A stretch of 64,000 nucleotides of DNA from Eledone cirrhosa (Eukaryota). Location: contig OZ024756.1 in assembly GCA_964016885.1 (NCBI GenBank), positions 38,440,001 to 38,504,000 on the forward strand, in the 5' to 3' direction. Shown here piece after piece: positions 25,845 to 39,242 of this stretch (positions are counted from its first letter, which is position 1; every line of letters begins with the position of its first letter). Position numbers and translations under genes: made by a program. Under the pieces are notes generated by a model. That model had not been told where the DNA came from and did not search any database. It was given only the letters and a program-made list of their open reading frames with translations.

Positions 25845-26192
25845 TTCATTCATTTTTCATTTCATTTTACGTCCACTTTTCCCTGCTTGCAAGGGTGGGA
25901 CGGCAACTGATGCTGGCTTGATTTCTACAGCTGGATGCTCGCCCTAACACCAACCTCATTTACAGTGAGTGCTGGGTGCTTTGTTGCCGTGGCACCTCCA
26001 CGACCACTTTAGAGTGGAATGATCGAGACCCCAGTCCCTATCATCTCATTTCATTTCTACAGCTGAGTAAACTGGAGCAATGTGAAATAAAGTGTCTTGC
26101 TCAAGGAAACAACACATCACCCGGTCTAAGAATTGAACTCACAACCTTTCGATTGCAAGGCCAATGCTCTAACCACTAAGCCATGTGCCTCC
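25845..26192 (-). mobile_element. full-length tRNA-headed SINE with an RTE-derived 3' tail
   Basis: The head has an A box (tggcttagtggt) and B box (gagttcaattc). The body includes ccttgagcaagacactt and ttggtgttag..gcatccagctgtagaaa. The tail cccacccttgcaagcagggaaaagtggacgtaaaatga matches the RTE end at 3354-3390. Other copies lie at about 3910-4167, 11830-12142, 12408-12697 and 17965-18165. Confidence 0.88.
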
Positions 26193-26404
26193 ATGGAATA
26201 CATATATATATTGGACGGATAGGTGTCCTCATCTTGTTTTGTTGTTAACACGTTTCAGTTGATGTACTCTCCAACAACAAAACAAGATGAGAACACCTAT
26301 CCGTTCAATATATATAATGTAAATATATATCAATTGAATATATACCTTTGGAATGAATACACCATAGGAATATATACATTATTGGAATATATATATATAT
26401 CATT

Positions 26405-26530
26405 AGCAAGATGGTTAGGCCATGTGCTGAGGAAGGATGAAAGTAACTGGGTAAGAGTGATGGAAATGTATGTGAAAGGGAGTATATGAAGGGATAGACC
26501 AAGAAAGACACAGCTAAAGATGACAGGAGG
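26405..26530 (+). mobile_element. degenerate RTE LINE fragment
   Basis: RWLGHVLRKDESNWVR...G...RDRPRKT. Confidence 0.7.
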
Positions 26531-26637
26531 AAATGAAAGCCAGGGGTGTGATGGTGATAGGGATGATGGTGTATACTACAGGGAAAAATAGAGAGGCTCA
26601 TCATAGCGCCTCCTTGTGTCAGAAAAATAATACTTAC

Positions 26638-26801
26638 TATAATCTTGGAATCTGGATTAGCCAACGGACCTTGTCTGAATGTACTTGGTTGGCCACTGCC
26701 CACTTAGCTAGTTTCTGCCATTCTTGTTTTGTACGACCATATATGGACAAACGGTATTCAGCATTTTGATATTTGCTCTCCTCTAAATCACTCATCACCT
26801 C
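26638..26801 (-). CDS. AMPD2: AMP deaminase exon (phase 0 to 2)
   Basis: tag|[23 protein letters not shown]...[10 protein letters not shown](Y)|gtaagt, 164 nt. Confidence 0.98.
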
Positions 26802-27678
26802 CTACAAATAAAAACATGTAAATGTTTAACCCTTTACCATTTACGTTACTCTATATTTACTATCATATTTTCACAGTAAAGGCTTTACCTTACATAATTA
26901 TTTCACATATCGAATCTATGAGATTTTGATATTATTTATTTTGAGAAAATGACCTTAACATCAGTATGAGTGGCCAGTTATGGCCGGTTTGAACAGAAAG
27001 AAGTGAGAGAATTCTGGCCGGATTTGGCCAGTTTAAATGTTAAAGGGTTAATACTTATTGGTTTCCAATGTAGGCACAAGACCAACAATTTGGGGGAGAG
27101 GAAATTAGAGTATATTGACCCCAGTACTTCACTGGTACGTAATTTTATCAACTCTGGAAGAATAAAAGACAAAGTTGACTTTGGCAGGATATGAACTTAG
27201 AATGTAAAGAGTCAAAATAGATATCACAATAACATTTTACCCAATGTTCTGCCAATTGTGCCAACACACCTTGTTCAATACATATTGATATCATAACAAC
27301 AGAAAATTTTAATCTTTTTGATACCAAAGTGCCCGAAACCACCCCCGTTTCTATGACACAGAATTGTTTAATTTAAAGTGTTTATATTTATCTAAAAACA
27401 ACACATTTTAACCCTTTACAATTTACATTACTCTATATTTAATATTATATTTTCACAGTAAAGGCTTTATCTCACATAATATCAAATCTAACCTTAACAT
27501 AAGTATGAGTGGCTAGTTACAGCCAGTTTGAACAAAAAGAGGTGAGAGAATTCTGGCTGTATACAGCCGGTGTAAATGCTGAAGGGTTAAAATTGCTTAC
27601 AATGATCTCCACCACCCATCCTGCTCCCCTTCACCATTATATAATCAATGAAACAACAATAAAATCAATATATCTTAC

Positions 27679-27810
27679 CTTTATCACATTAGCAAAATAT
27701 TTTCCTCCGATATGATTGTCAGTTTTGATGAAAATTTCCCGTAATTCACTTTGACCAATTGGGTTGTATTTTGCGTTGAATTTGTCAAAACGATGGAAAG
27801 TGTTACGGTC
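27679..27810 (-). CDS. AMPD2: AMP deaminase exon
   Basis: cag|[44 protein letters not shown]|gtaaga, 132 nt. Confidence 0.98.
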
Positions 27811-27983
27811 CTGAAAATATTAGTTTCTCATTTAGACACAAGGGAACAACAATTTTGAGGGAGGAGAGGAAAGTTGAAATCGACCCCCAGTGCATTACTG
27901 ATACTGTAGAATTTATTGGGTACATTTGATACGTATATATAAATATAAATCTCAACACACACACACAACACATACATACACAC

Positions 27984-28015
<32 letters not shown>

Positions 28016-28041
28016 GTTGATATATATATAGATATACTTAC

Positions 28042-28104
28042 TGCATGGACGTCAAGCATGTCCACATTGAGGTCATATGTATTGATTCCAAGACTATCAA
28101 ACAC
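28042..28104 (-). CDS. AMPD2: AMP deaminase exon
   Basis: tag|VFDSLGINTYDLNVDMLDVHA|gtaagt, 63 nt. Confidence 0.97.
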
Positions 28105-28157
28105 CTATAGAAGAGAAACAAATGTTTATATATATGTATATATATTTATACACATTT

Positions 28158-28197
<40 letters not shown>

Positions 28198-28809
28198 CAG
28201 TGGTGTGGAAAGGCTGGAATGGATGAGCGACTGCTGGTCTTCTACAAACAACCTTGCTGGGACTTGTGCCTTGGAGGGGAACTTTCTAGGTGCAAATCCC
28301 GTGCTCATTTGTGACCGAAGGGGGTCTTTACCCTTTACCTATACCCTACATTTATACATATATATATATACACATACATGTATATATATACACATACATG
28401 TATATATATACACATACATGTATATATATCTACATCTACACACACACACATATATATATAGCAAAGGTAAAAATATATATACAAAGCTCAAATGTATGTA
28501 GAATTATATTTCATAGTGTATAACTGCCAAATAGTTTCAGAATTAACTCAATGTGTTTATATATTATATTGGAAGAAAAGGTAGACTTTGAGGGAGAAAA
28601 AGTTGGAAAGGAAGACAAAAAACACAGAGCAATTATAATCAAATATATAGGTGGAAAAATTAGCTTTTAAATCATTCTTAATTCCTTACACACATTTCAA
28701 GAGAGTTGTACATCAAATTATATATGTACTCATATATACATACTCACACACATGAATATATATACACATATACATACCCACACAAAGATATATATATATA
28801 CAAAAAAAC

Positions 28810-29027
28810 ACACAGTCCACGCTGTAATGTGGCCGTGTAGGTAACACGGTAAAAACCTCCCAGTCCACACTGTAAACGTGGTTGGTGTTAGGAAGGGCAC
28901 CCAGCCATAGAAAACCCGCCAGACAGTCCTATACGAGCAAGACAACCAATCTTGCCTCAAGTGGGAAAATTCCCATCCAAACCCATGCAAGCGTGGAAGA
29001 TGGACGTTAAACGATGATGATGATGAT
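28810..29027 (+). mobile_element. non-autonomous RTE-related short retroelement (monomer form of the 48-bp array host)
   Basis: gtaggtaacacggtaaaaacctcccagtccacactgta, then ttggtgttaggaagggca, then aacccatgcaagcgtggaagatggacgttaaacgatgatg. Other copies at about 10528-10735 (minus), 9921-10080 and 57500-57712. Confidence 0.8.
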
Positions 29028-29103
29028 ATATATATATATAAATATATTTAACACCTATTATGCACATTTCAAAAGCTTTGAATTGTCATTATTTAATAGT
29101 TAT

Positions 29104-29294
29104 AGAAGGTGGTGGATTGGCAGAATCGGTAGAGGGTTGGCTGCCATGCTTTGACGCATAGAGTTACAGCCCTTGCCATTCTGAGTTCAAATCCCGCCGA
29201 GGTTAACTTTTCCTTTCATCCTTTTGGGGTCGATAAAATAAAGTACCAGTAATGCACTGGGTAATTGCTGGTCTTGTGTCAAAAGTAGAAACAC
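29104..29294 (+). mobile_element. tRNA-derived SINE (core resembling the Meta domain) with a 15-bp TSD
   Basis: A box tggcagaatcggtaga, B box gagttcaaatccc, core cctttcatccttttggggtcgataaaataaagtaccagt. Direct repeat ttatttaatagttat at 29089-29103 and 29295-29309. Roughly 20 related copies occur in the window. Confidence 0.88.
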
Positions 29295-29851
29295 TTATTT
29301 AATAGTTATTTCATATGTTGTCATCAGACAGATTCTAAAGATGTAAACGATATTTTTGTTTTTGATATGCTCTCTGTTCAAGAGAAGTTGTTCATTCAGG
29401 TTACCTAAAATGTGCATAATAGGTGTTATAAAAGACTATAAACAGAAGTGTAAAATGTAAATCCATCTCTTCTTAATAACAAAATACTCCATCAGATACC
29501 ATATACTTAGTACCTTTATGGATACCTATGATGTGGAGTGCTTATGAAGGATTACACCATAATTTGTTGATTGCTTAGAGCAACCAACAAAGGTTATTGA
29601 ACCGAAAAAGAAAATATATATATACATATAAAACAATCTATTTTTAGAATTGTTGAGTGATAGGATGTTTGTGAATTTGAAAGAAGCATCAACATTGAGT
29701 ATAAAAAATAGTCTTATAAGTTCGGAATATAAGACTTGAAGACAGAAAAAAATGTGTACGGGTGCTACTGTACAAATTCTTTAGGGTTTATAAGCCCAAC
29801 TTATAAGACTAGCTTTCATAGTCAAACAATATTGACACATCTTTCAAATTC

Positions 29852-29888
<37 letters not shown>

Positions 29889-30096
29889 AGTGCAAAACAA
29901 TGATTTTTCTATACTAGAAACCATACTAGAGCAACTACTACTACTACTGCTGCTACTACTGCTGCTGCTTCTGCTGCCACTGCTACTACTGCTACTGCTG
30001 CTGCTACTGTTGCTTCTAGCAAGAGAGGCAGCAGGAGTCTGGGGTTGGCATGGTTACCGAGATTCTGTATAACCTTTAACAAACCAATTGTATAAC

Positions 30097-30231
30097 CTCT
30101 TTCAGCTTCATCATTTTGCCATCCTTGTTGCAGTAGACAATCTCATCTGGGTTGACCTTCATTTGTTTCTTGATGAATCTCAAAAGATGCTTCTGGTTCA
30201 TGCACGAAGATGCATGGATATGTGTATCCAC
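30097..30231 (-). CDS. AMPD2: AMP deaminase exon carrying the HxH zinc ligands
   Basis: cag|[25 protein letters not shown]...KLKE|gttata, 135 nt. Confidence 0.98.
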
Positions 30232-31017
30232 CTGAAATGGCAAAGTCAAATACAGATTAAACAATTTCATATTAACATGCTGGCCGAAATCGGCTTTGAT
30301 GCTATGACACAAACTTACCCATTCCTAAAAGGCTTCTATTTAACCCTTTTGATACCAATATGTCCCCTAAACCAGCTTTGCATTCATAAAACACCCCACC
30401 CCCACCACTTTTTTGACAGGTTACTACTTAACTATTTTGATATCAACTTGCAGAAAATTAGCTCTGGTTACAGCATGGCTGCAAACACACATACATATAT
30501 ATATATATACATACATACATGCATATACGTATATATATATATATATACACACACATACATACATACATGCATATACATATATATATCGGCAGTCGATCAA
30601 CTTTCGTCAAATTGGACCAAGGAAACGATGTTTACATTGGTCTTTCCAATTGCTAAGACTTTCTATCGGTCGCAACTCCGGGTAGGAGCAACATGAAATA
30701 AAGTATCTTGCTCAAGGACATAACACATCGCCTGGTCCAGGAATCGAACTCACAACCTCATGATTGAGGGTCCAATTCTCTTACCACTCAGCCACACGTC
30801 TTCACGTATATATATATAGGTCACTATTGATTCCATCTTGAGTACATATTCTCTGTAATATATACAATATACTGTATCTTCTTTGGATATATGGTTCTTT
30901 CTCTCTCTATATATACATATATCTTCTACATTTGGCTTATTATAGCTCTGGATATTGTCTATTGAGCTTGTTTATTGAGAAGCACATAATTCTAACATAT
31001 CTAATATGTTACATTTG

Positions 31018-31054
<37 letters not shown>

Positions 31055-31178
31055 CGGTTCCCCAGCATGGCCTCAGCCAGATTGGCTGGAATAAGTAAAA
31101 GTGTAAAAGAGTATATAAAGCTAGGAAACAACAACAACAAACACCACAAATCCATTAAAACATACAACAAAATGATAC

Positions 31179-31308
31179 CTTTCTGATGTTGTAGAAATCT
31201 CGGTGGGGCACTTCTTTTTGGGCAGCTGATTCTTTCAGCTCATTCAAGAGAACATGAAGCTGGTACTTGTATGAGAGGTAACTAAGACGCTGGTAGCAGA
31301 AAGATTTC
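31179..31308 (-). CDS. AMPD2: AMP deaminase exon (phase 2 to 0)
   Basis: [43 protein letters not shown]|gtatca, 130 nt. Conserved AMPD sequence. Confidence 0.98.
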
Positions 31309-32426
31309 CTACAATGACAACGACAACAACAATAACAGCAATAACGATTTCTCATTTTCGCACAAGGACAGCATTTTTTATGGGGGGGGGGGGGGGGGCA
31401 TTATATCGACCCCAGTCATTGACTGGTACTTCATTTTATTAACTCTGGAACGAGAATAATGTTGACGTTGGTGGGGTTTGAACTCGGAAGAATTACTTAT
31501 GGTTCTTTACCTTCTAACACTGCCAAACTCAACAACATAAAGTTATGATATGGAGTGTTTAGATCATTAGAAACACTTTAAAACAGTTTTCTATTGTAGA
31601 ACCGAGGATGGTTTCAAGTAATTGGGCATCTAATAGATTAAAAGTAGTTATAAATTCTCTCAAATGTAAGGGGGATAACTCTAAATTTTTCTACCAATGT
31701 TTAGCTACATACGATTAACATTTGAACAATGTATGTTGTATTTTATCGAATTTTTATCAGTGTTCCTCCCACCGTGTATTAAAGTCTGAGGCCCTAAACA
31801 CTTAAAATATTATAGTGTCTCTTCCCCCCCCCTCCCCCATTAAAGATTATGGTGCCCCTTATATATAAAATCTGCAAAAAAAACAAAAAAAAAAAAAACA
31901 AACTGGGGAGGAATGGCCATGCTCAGAGTTGCTGAAGCATGGAACAAACTACCTGTATCAGTTGTTAGCTGTCGATACACTGCATCTTTTAAAACATCCA
32001 TGCTTCCTGAGATTCGCCAACACTACACCTGATGTTCCCCCTCCATACACACGCACACATGTATTTCATAACTCGTACACTGTTCATTTTCCTGACATTT
32101 GTATATTATTCTATGTACTATACATGCACCTTTGCTGAGTTGTAGTGCATCTGAGCACTGTACACAGCAATTTCATTATATATAATTAATTTGAATAAAC
32201 TGGTACCCTGCTTTCCTTGATGGCCTAAATGTGTGCTTGTTTTGCATAATGGTTAACCCAACACGTTGCCTAGTCTGATCGGAGTGTCCGCTTTTTTTCT
32301 TTCCTTTCATTTATCTAACATAATATTAATAGATTTTATATATATTTTCTCTCTTCAAGGAAAGGTAATACCTATTTCCTCTTTCAAACACACACAAACA
32401 AAACCATGAAATGACCATCGACTCAC

Positions 32427-32646
32427 AATGGTCCATCACTGATGAGGGTGTACATGATATTCTGGTCGTTTAAAAATTTAGCGCGGTCTGGGTATGTCCA
32501 ATCAAATGGCTTGTCTTGTTTCATGGAGGCTGGATCACGGTAAACCTTCATAACACCATCCACAAGCTTGAACTCACAATTCACACTATTTGGCAATACA
32601 CAATCAAATGGATCCCCGTCAGTCCCTGGTGCATGGATCGGGTGAT
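32427..32646 (-). CDS. AMPD2: AMP deaminase exon (phase 1 to 2)
   Basis: tag|(D)HPIHAPGTDGDPFDCVLP...FKLVDGVMKVY...YPDRAKFLNDQNIMYTLISDGP(L)|gtgagt, 220 nt. Confidence 0.95.
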
Positions 32647-32716
32647 CTACCGAATAAACAAAAACAATACACCTATATCATATATGTATGTGTGTGTGTG
32701 TGTGTGTGTTTATATA

Positions 32717-32795
32717 CAGGGTATCCCCCAAAAATGTATACACATATTTATTAGAATGTTGTTGAAGTATGTATACATTTTTGGGGGACATCTTG
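32717..32795. mobile_element. 79-bp Tc1/mariner-type MITE (almost entirely palindromic)
   Basis: TA-cagggtatcccccaaaaatgtatac...gtatacatttttgggggacatcttg-TA. Confidence 0.8.
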
Positions 32796-32925
32796 TATAT
32801 AAACACACACACATATATATATATATATTAACTTAGATACAGTACATGTATAGATAGAGAGAGAAAGAGAGATACATACTCCTACATATACACATATGAA
32901 AACACATTAAAAACATTACACACAC

Positions 32926-32973
<48 letters not shown>

Positions 32974-35208
32974 GAATGACAGGATTAATTCAGTGATGAA
33001 AAATAAATTTAAAAAAAAAAAAGGAAGAGAAGAAACCATGGCAACATAATGAATTTTACTTGGTTGGATATAAAAAAAAAATTAATAAAATTCATTTTTT
33101 ATTTATTTATCTATTATGATAAAAATGAATGTGAAATACATACACAAACATGAATCAAAGTTCTTCAGAAAATGAATAAAAGACAGAGAAAAAGAACATT
33201 ATTAAGTTTAGTACATATATACAGAGAGATAGATAGATAGATAGAGACACACATATACATTATATATATATATATATATATATATAATGTAGAAATGCCA
33301 TTAAAAGGACCACACAAAAAAAACATGACAAGATTATTTTAAAGAAAATAATAAAAACTCACACAATTTGGTGACAAATTCCCTAAACCTACCCCCTGGT
33401 CCGACAATACAAGTTGTAGTGCAGCTGAGAACTATACACAATAATTTTCATTATTATATAAAACTGTTTATGGTAAAGTGTTTACTATTCATCTAAAAAG
33501 CTTCCCTCACAATTTTATGTGAGAACCTTCGTTAAGTTATGTTCCAAACTCCATGCTGAGAAAGTTACTTATATTACTAAATCCCTCTGAATTCTTGAAT
33601 ATTTTTCAAGGAAGGATTAAAGGAGTACTTTATACCCACAATTCTGGGGCTGGGGGCAATTTAATTACTTTATTTGGGATAGCAGGCTTAGTTGGGGTCA
33701 TTCCTAAATTTTACATGATTTTAGATTGAGTAGGTGTAATAGATTAACAACAATTTCTTGGTTCTTTTTGAGGGTATTGAGCAAAATGAAGGTTTAGAGG
33801 CATTGTGTAATGGTTGACATCCAGCTGTAGATACCATGTCAAAACTTTAACGTATGTAAGATGTAGCTGACACTCACCACATGACAGAGAATATATATAT
33901 TTATCATGATTGTTTAATGTCCATTTTCTCTTCTATCAAGGGTTGGACATGTCACAACTGGTCAGTACTCAGGTGGAGCCCCTGAATTCCAGCTGGGCCA
34001 GGGGCCTGACATACAATCTAATGCTCTACCAAGTGCAATTTACCGTGGCACCAACACTTTGGACATTGTCGTGACTATGGTACAACCGAAGATTGTGTAT
34101 CAGAAGGTGACCATAGTTAAAAGGAATGTACTCAATACTTAAGAGTATAGGCATTTTTATTTTATATAGAAATGATTTCTACAGGACTAGAACTGTTTTG
34201 TTTAAATGAAATCATCAGGACTTTCCCTCTCACAGCATCTATTCCACATTCAAATTAATATTGTTATACTTAGTTAAAGTAATGTTAACATGGTTAATGT
34301 AGGGAAGTTTTCAAAAAAGACTGGAAATAAATATGCGGTGAAGGAGAGAGAAACACACACACCATTAGTCCATTGTTAACAATGTCTTCATTTTTGTATT
34401 TGGAATATAAGGGAGACAATTTTGGACGTGTTTTCATAGTTGTTAACTAAGTCGTGATGAAGGAACCCTTAAGCAAATGTAGGTTATATATTGGTTGTTA
34501 GAGGAGGAGGGCATCTGTAAATCTGTTATATATTTATATATTTATCTACCACTTAGTCTGCTAAAGGCACCCAAGAACCATGTGGTGGTGGTGGTGATGG
34601 TGATGATGATGATGGACCAAAGATTGGCAGAGGAGGGCATCTGTAGGGAGGTAAGGGCAATGCCTGTGTCCCTTTTCAGAGGTTCAGGGACTAATGAGAT
34701 GGATGAAGGAAGGAAAAATGGTACTCTGAAAACTGTTTAAAATCATCACCTGGCTCTTGGATGCCTTTAGCAAGTAGTGATGGTGGAGGAGCTGGGGATG
34801 TTAAAATCTGAATGATGGATTAAATCCCTCATGGATAGGGTGGAGTCGGGAGGAGCAATCCAAATTTCACTTAAATGACATCCAGTGTAGTCTGTAAATT
34901 GGTTCACATTAGGAAAGGTGTCCAGCAATAGGAAACAAACCAAATATGAAACATATGGAGAAGACATGCCTCACTGACCTGTCTAGTGTCAGGTAGTCCG
35001 ACCAGTCCCACCCATGGAAAATGGACAGATGATGATGATGATGATGATATACTATACATGCACCTTTGATGAGTTGTAGTGCACCTGAGCACTGTACACA
35101 ATTTTCATTATTTATTACTATGATGATGATGATACTAGCTAACAAGACAAGGCGTCAAGGTTTGTCACAGTGACACAGAACCCTAAGAAATTCTATGTAT
35201 TACTTTAC

Positions 35209-35259
35209 CTTCAATGTCCATCTGACATTGGTGAACACTCGGAGGAAAATTAACAGTGG
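35209..35259 (-). CDS. candidate AMPD cassette exon, 51 nt, phase 1-1
   Basis: aaattttcag|CC ACT GTT AAT TTT CCT CCG AGT GTT CAC CAA TGT CAG ATG GAC ATT GAA G|gtaaag. Stop-free (ATVNFPPSVHQCQMDIE) with a strong donor. Confidence 0.5.
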
Positions 35260-35435
35260 CTGAAAATTTTGAAATCCCAAACGAGTTTGGTTGATTAATT
35301 AGCAAGAGTAAGTGTGCCATTAATTAATCAATTAAATAAATAAATATAGTTTATTAATTAAGTCTAACATTGAAAACAAAAATAATATAGGCAATGAACT
35401 GGAACAATGCATGGAAAAACAGATGGTAAATCATT

Positions 35436-36541
35436 CATGATGGTTGTGGTGGGTGATGGAGATGATGATAGTGGTGGTTGTGGTGGGTGATGATAGTGAT
35501 GGTTGGTGATGGAGGTGATGATAGTGGTGGTTGTGGTGGGTGATGGAGGTGATGATAGTGGTGGGTGATGATAGTGATGGTTGGTGATGGAGGTGATGAT
35601 AGTGGTGGTTGTGGTGGGTGATGATAGTGATGGTTGGTGATGGAGGTGATGATAGTGGTGGTTGTGGTGGGTGATGGAGGTGATGATAGTGGTGGTTGTG
35701 GTGGGTGATGGAGGTGATGATAGTGGTGGTTGTGGTGGGTGATGGAGGTGATGATAGTGATGGTTGTGGTGGGTGATGGAGGTGATGATAGTGATGGTTG
35801 TGGTGGGTGATGGAGGTGATGATAGTGATGGTTGTGGTGGGTGATGGAGGTGATGATAGTGATGGTTGTGGTGGGTGATGGAGGTTATAGTGATGGAGGT
35901 GATGATAGTGATGGTTGTGGTGGGTGATGGAGGTGATGATAGTGATGGTTGTGGTGGGTGATGGAGGTGATAGTGATGGAGGTGATGATAGTGATGGTTG
36001 TGGTGGGTGATGGAGGTGATGATAGTGATGGTTGTGGTGGGTGATGATTGTGATGGTTGTGGTGGGTGATGGTTGTGGTGGGTGATGATTGTGGTGGGTG
36101 ATGGTTGTGGTGGGTGATGGTTGTGGTGGTTGTGGTGGGTGATGGAGGTGATGATTGTGGTGGTTGTGGTGGGTGATGGTTGTGGTGGGTGATGATTGTG
36201 ATGGTTGTGATGGTTGTGGTGGGTGATGGTTGTGATGATAGTGATGGAGATGATGATTGTGGTGTGATGGTGGTGATGATTGTGGTGGGTGATGGAGGTG
36301 ATGATGGTGATGGTTGTGATGATGGTAGTGATGATAGTGATGATGGTAGTGATGGTTGTGATGATAGTGATGATTGTGGTGGGTGGTGATGGTTGTGATG
36401 ATGGTGGTGATGGTTGTGATGATGGTAGTGATGGTTGTGATGATAGTGATGGTGGTGATGATCGTGATGATGATGATGGGTGATGGTAGTGATGATGGTT
36501 GTGATGATGGTAGTGATGGTTGTGATGATGGTAGTGGTGAT
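35436..36541. repeat. (GGT/GAT)n-derived minisatellite
   Basis: Recurring gatggttgtggtgggtgatggaggtgatgatagt units. Confidence 0.95.
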
Positions 36542-36676
36542 AAATAGCAATCGTACATGAACTGAGAAAACAAAACTATTTACAAGTCAATGAAAAGGTT
36601 TATATAAATACATATGTACGTACATATGTATATATAAATACATACATATATATATATATAAATACACACATACATA

Positions 36677-37029
36677 CAGTGTACCTTGGCATTCACGGTC
36701 CCGGTTATTCACAGAATTTCCCTTAGAACCCAACTAATAATGGTTCGTGGAAACCACCGCATATTCATAAAATCATAAATATCTTCCGCAATTATTTTTA
36801 TAGCTTTTTTCATGGCAATATATATCTTTTAATGCTAAATTATTAATAACAACATACCATATTTGCCAGCCTATTGGACGACCTTTTGCATAAGACGCTC
36901 CACCCTCTTTTTTTAAATTATATTTTACGTTAATACTCATTTTAATTGACCATGTCCAATATTTGCGTTTTTTAAAATCTTTGCGAGTGGTCTAGAAATG
37001 TAACCCCCATGAATACAGGGGGACAACTG
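36677..37029. mobile_element. pogo/Tigger-like non-autonomous DNA transposon
   Basis: TA-flanked CAGT ends: cagtgtaccttggcattcacgg, and on the reverse strand cagttgtccccctgtattcatggggg. Confidence 0.65.
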
Positions 37030-37277
37030 TATATACATATAAATATATATAAAATATAAATACACATATACACACACAATATATATATATACATAAATAT
37101 AAATATATATAAAATATAAATACACATATACACACACACACAATATATATATATATAAATATATATACATAAATATAAATTTATATAAAATATAAATACA
37201 CATACACACACAATATATATATAAATATATATACATAAATATAAATATATATAAAATATAAATACACATATACACAC

Positions 37278-37324
<47 letters not shown>

Positions 37325-37360
37325 AAGAGAGGGGCTGTGTAGTTGCGGGATAAGGCATAC

Positions 37361-37435
37361 TTAAAAATAAGAAGAAAGCATGAACGGGAGAAAGTTTTCC
37401 TTCATCAATTGTCTGCTGGGGACCCCTGGATATTT
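37361..37435 (-). CDS. candidate AMPD cassette exon, 75 nt, phase 1-1
   Basis: atttaatgcgtag|AA ATA TCC AGG...TTA A|gtatgc. Stop-free (EISRGPQQTIDEGKLSPVHAFFLFL). Splice sites are weaker than in the other two candidates. Confidence 0.35.
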   Translation of the reverse strand, partial: KYPGVPSRQLMKENFLPFMLSSYF

Positions 37436-37683
37436 CTACGCATTAAATAAATATATATATGTATATATATAATGTGTGCATGTATGTGTGTTTTACTCAG
37501 ATATATGGCAGTTGTTAACTCAAACACCACACGATTAACAATAACAGCAACAATTCAATATTTAAAAAAAAAAAATGTTAATAGCATAAAAGATATCAAA
37601 CACACATAGAAAAATAGGTCAACAGAATATTAATAGTTGGTGTTAGTTATATCATTGTTGATAGATGAAATTAAACTGAAAAC

Positions 37684-37717
<34 letters not shown>

Positions 37718-37952
37718 GAATAAACTATATGAGAGAGAGAAGAAAAGTCAACATAGAAGAACAATACAATGCAACGTTGATATATATTAGTTTAACGCTT
37801 GATATAGGAGGGAAAGAGACTCAATATTTCGGGTGTTAGTCCTTCATCACAAGATAGAATGAGAGAAAGAAGAAATGAAGAAATAGTTAAACGAGTGTTA
37901 AGAGAGAAAAAAGAACAATGAAAAGAAAACAACTGGCTGAGTTAGGAAGAAT

Positions 37953-37989
<37 letters not shown>

Positions 37990-38489
37990 CCCAGAATATG
38001 CATACACGCTTGCTAACATGGGAAAAGGGTGTAAAATGATGATGATGAGATACATGTATATATATATCTATGTATATATATATTTATGGTTGTATACTTA
38101 TCACAATATATTCATAAGTTATAAACATACTGAGCAAACTCTAATAACAATTAACAATAATAATAATTACATAAAAAATTAGAATAATGCTAAATAATAA
38201 TAATAAAGATAATGAAAGAAATATTAAAAATATAGTGTATAGAAAGTACATATATTTCCATCGTTGGGTGGTTAAAATGTAAGGAAACTGTTATAGTTAA
38301 TGGGAATAACAATAATAATAGCATAACATGTGAGAAAAACAACAACATATCAATAATCAATAAACAATCGATTAATTTCATGGTATAAACTATAGAACAT
38401 GGAACATGTTTAATTTTTTTAACGATTACGATTAAATAATATTTTTTTGTAGAATAAACAAGGGGAGGTAACTTTTCGAAGACTATAGA

Positions 38490-38800
38490 AAGGTGAGAGC
38501 ACCTTTTAGATTACCATGTGTCTAACACAGGTGGGCATGCCTACAAAGTCAGAAAACAGCACAGTTCCCATGACTTTCAGGAACATTTTTTCACGTTCAG
38601 AGTTGCTGAAGCATGGAACAAACTACCTGCATCAGTTGTTAGCAGCCGAGACACTGCATCCTTTAAAACCTCCATTCTTCCTAAAATTCACCAACACTAC
38701 ACCTGATATTCCCCTTCCACACACACGCACGCATTTCATGACTCATACACTGTTTACTTTCTTGACATTTGTACATTATTCTATGTACTATACATGTACC
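38490..38800 (+). mobile_element. 3' fragment of a second CR1-group LINE family
   Basis: SNTGGHAYKVRKQ...HFFTFRVAEAWNKLPASVV matches the TRGH..K / FF..RV...WN.LP C-terminus. Related fragments lie at about 31922-32180, 25110-25225 (minus), 33410-33460 and 35050-35115. Confidence 0.85.
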
Positions 38801-39242
38801 TTAGAGCGTCAGACGCCATGCTTTGCAGCATAATTATGGCCCTTTATGTTCTGAGTTCAAATCATCCTTACGGGGTCGATAAAATAAAGTACCAGTAATG
38901 CACTGGGGTAATTGCTGGCCTTGTGCCAAAAGTAGAAACAATTATTATTATGATATACATGTGGGCAACTAAAGTGCTTTCTGTAGGCCTTAGGCTATAA
39001 ATGGTTCATTTGTGGTGTTTTCTGTGAGCCTCAAAACTTTTCAAATGTTTCATATGTAAAATATGATATAATATACATATGGGTCATGGGAAAACCTAAA
39101 TTAAAAAAATAGAAAAAAGTGAATCATTACTAAAATAAGATGCTAATCCCTGGAAGGAAAATATAAAGAAAGGTCGGTGGGAGGATAATTACAGCTTAAA
39201 CACTCTTTCATCTATAATTTATGCTAAAAGGGGGCCTGATAC

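Noticed and set aside
26115-26192. tRNA gene
   Set aside because: A and B boxes are present, but the sequence continues into a SINE body and tail and recurs in several copies, so it is a SINE head.
29300-29335. Additional hammerhead (CTGATGA-caacatat-GAAA on the minus strand); also CTGANGA hits near 48330, 51291 and 51661
   Set aside because: No convincing stem II or UH site, and the 29300 copy is interrupted by a SINE. The other hits lack a paired stem I.
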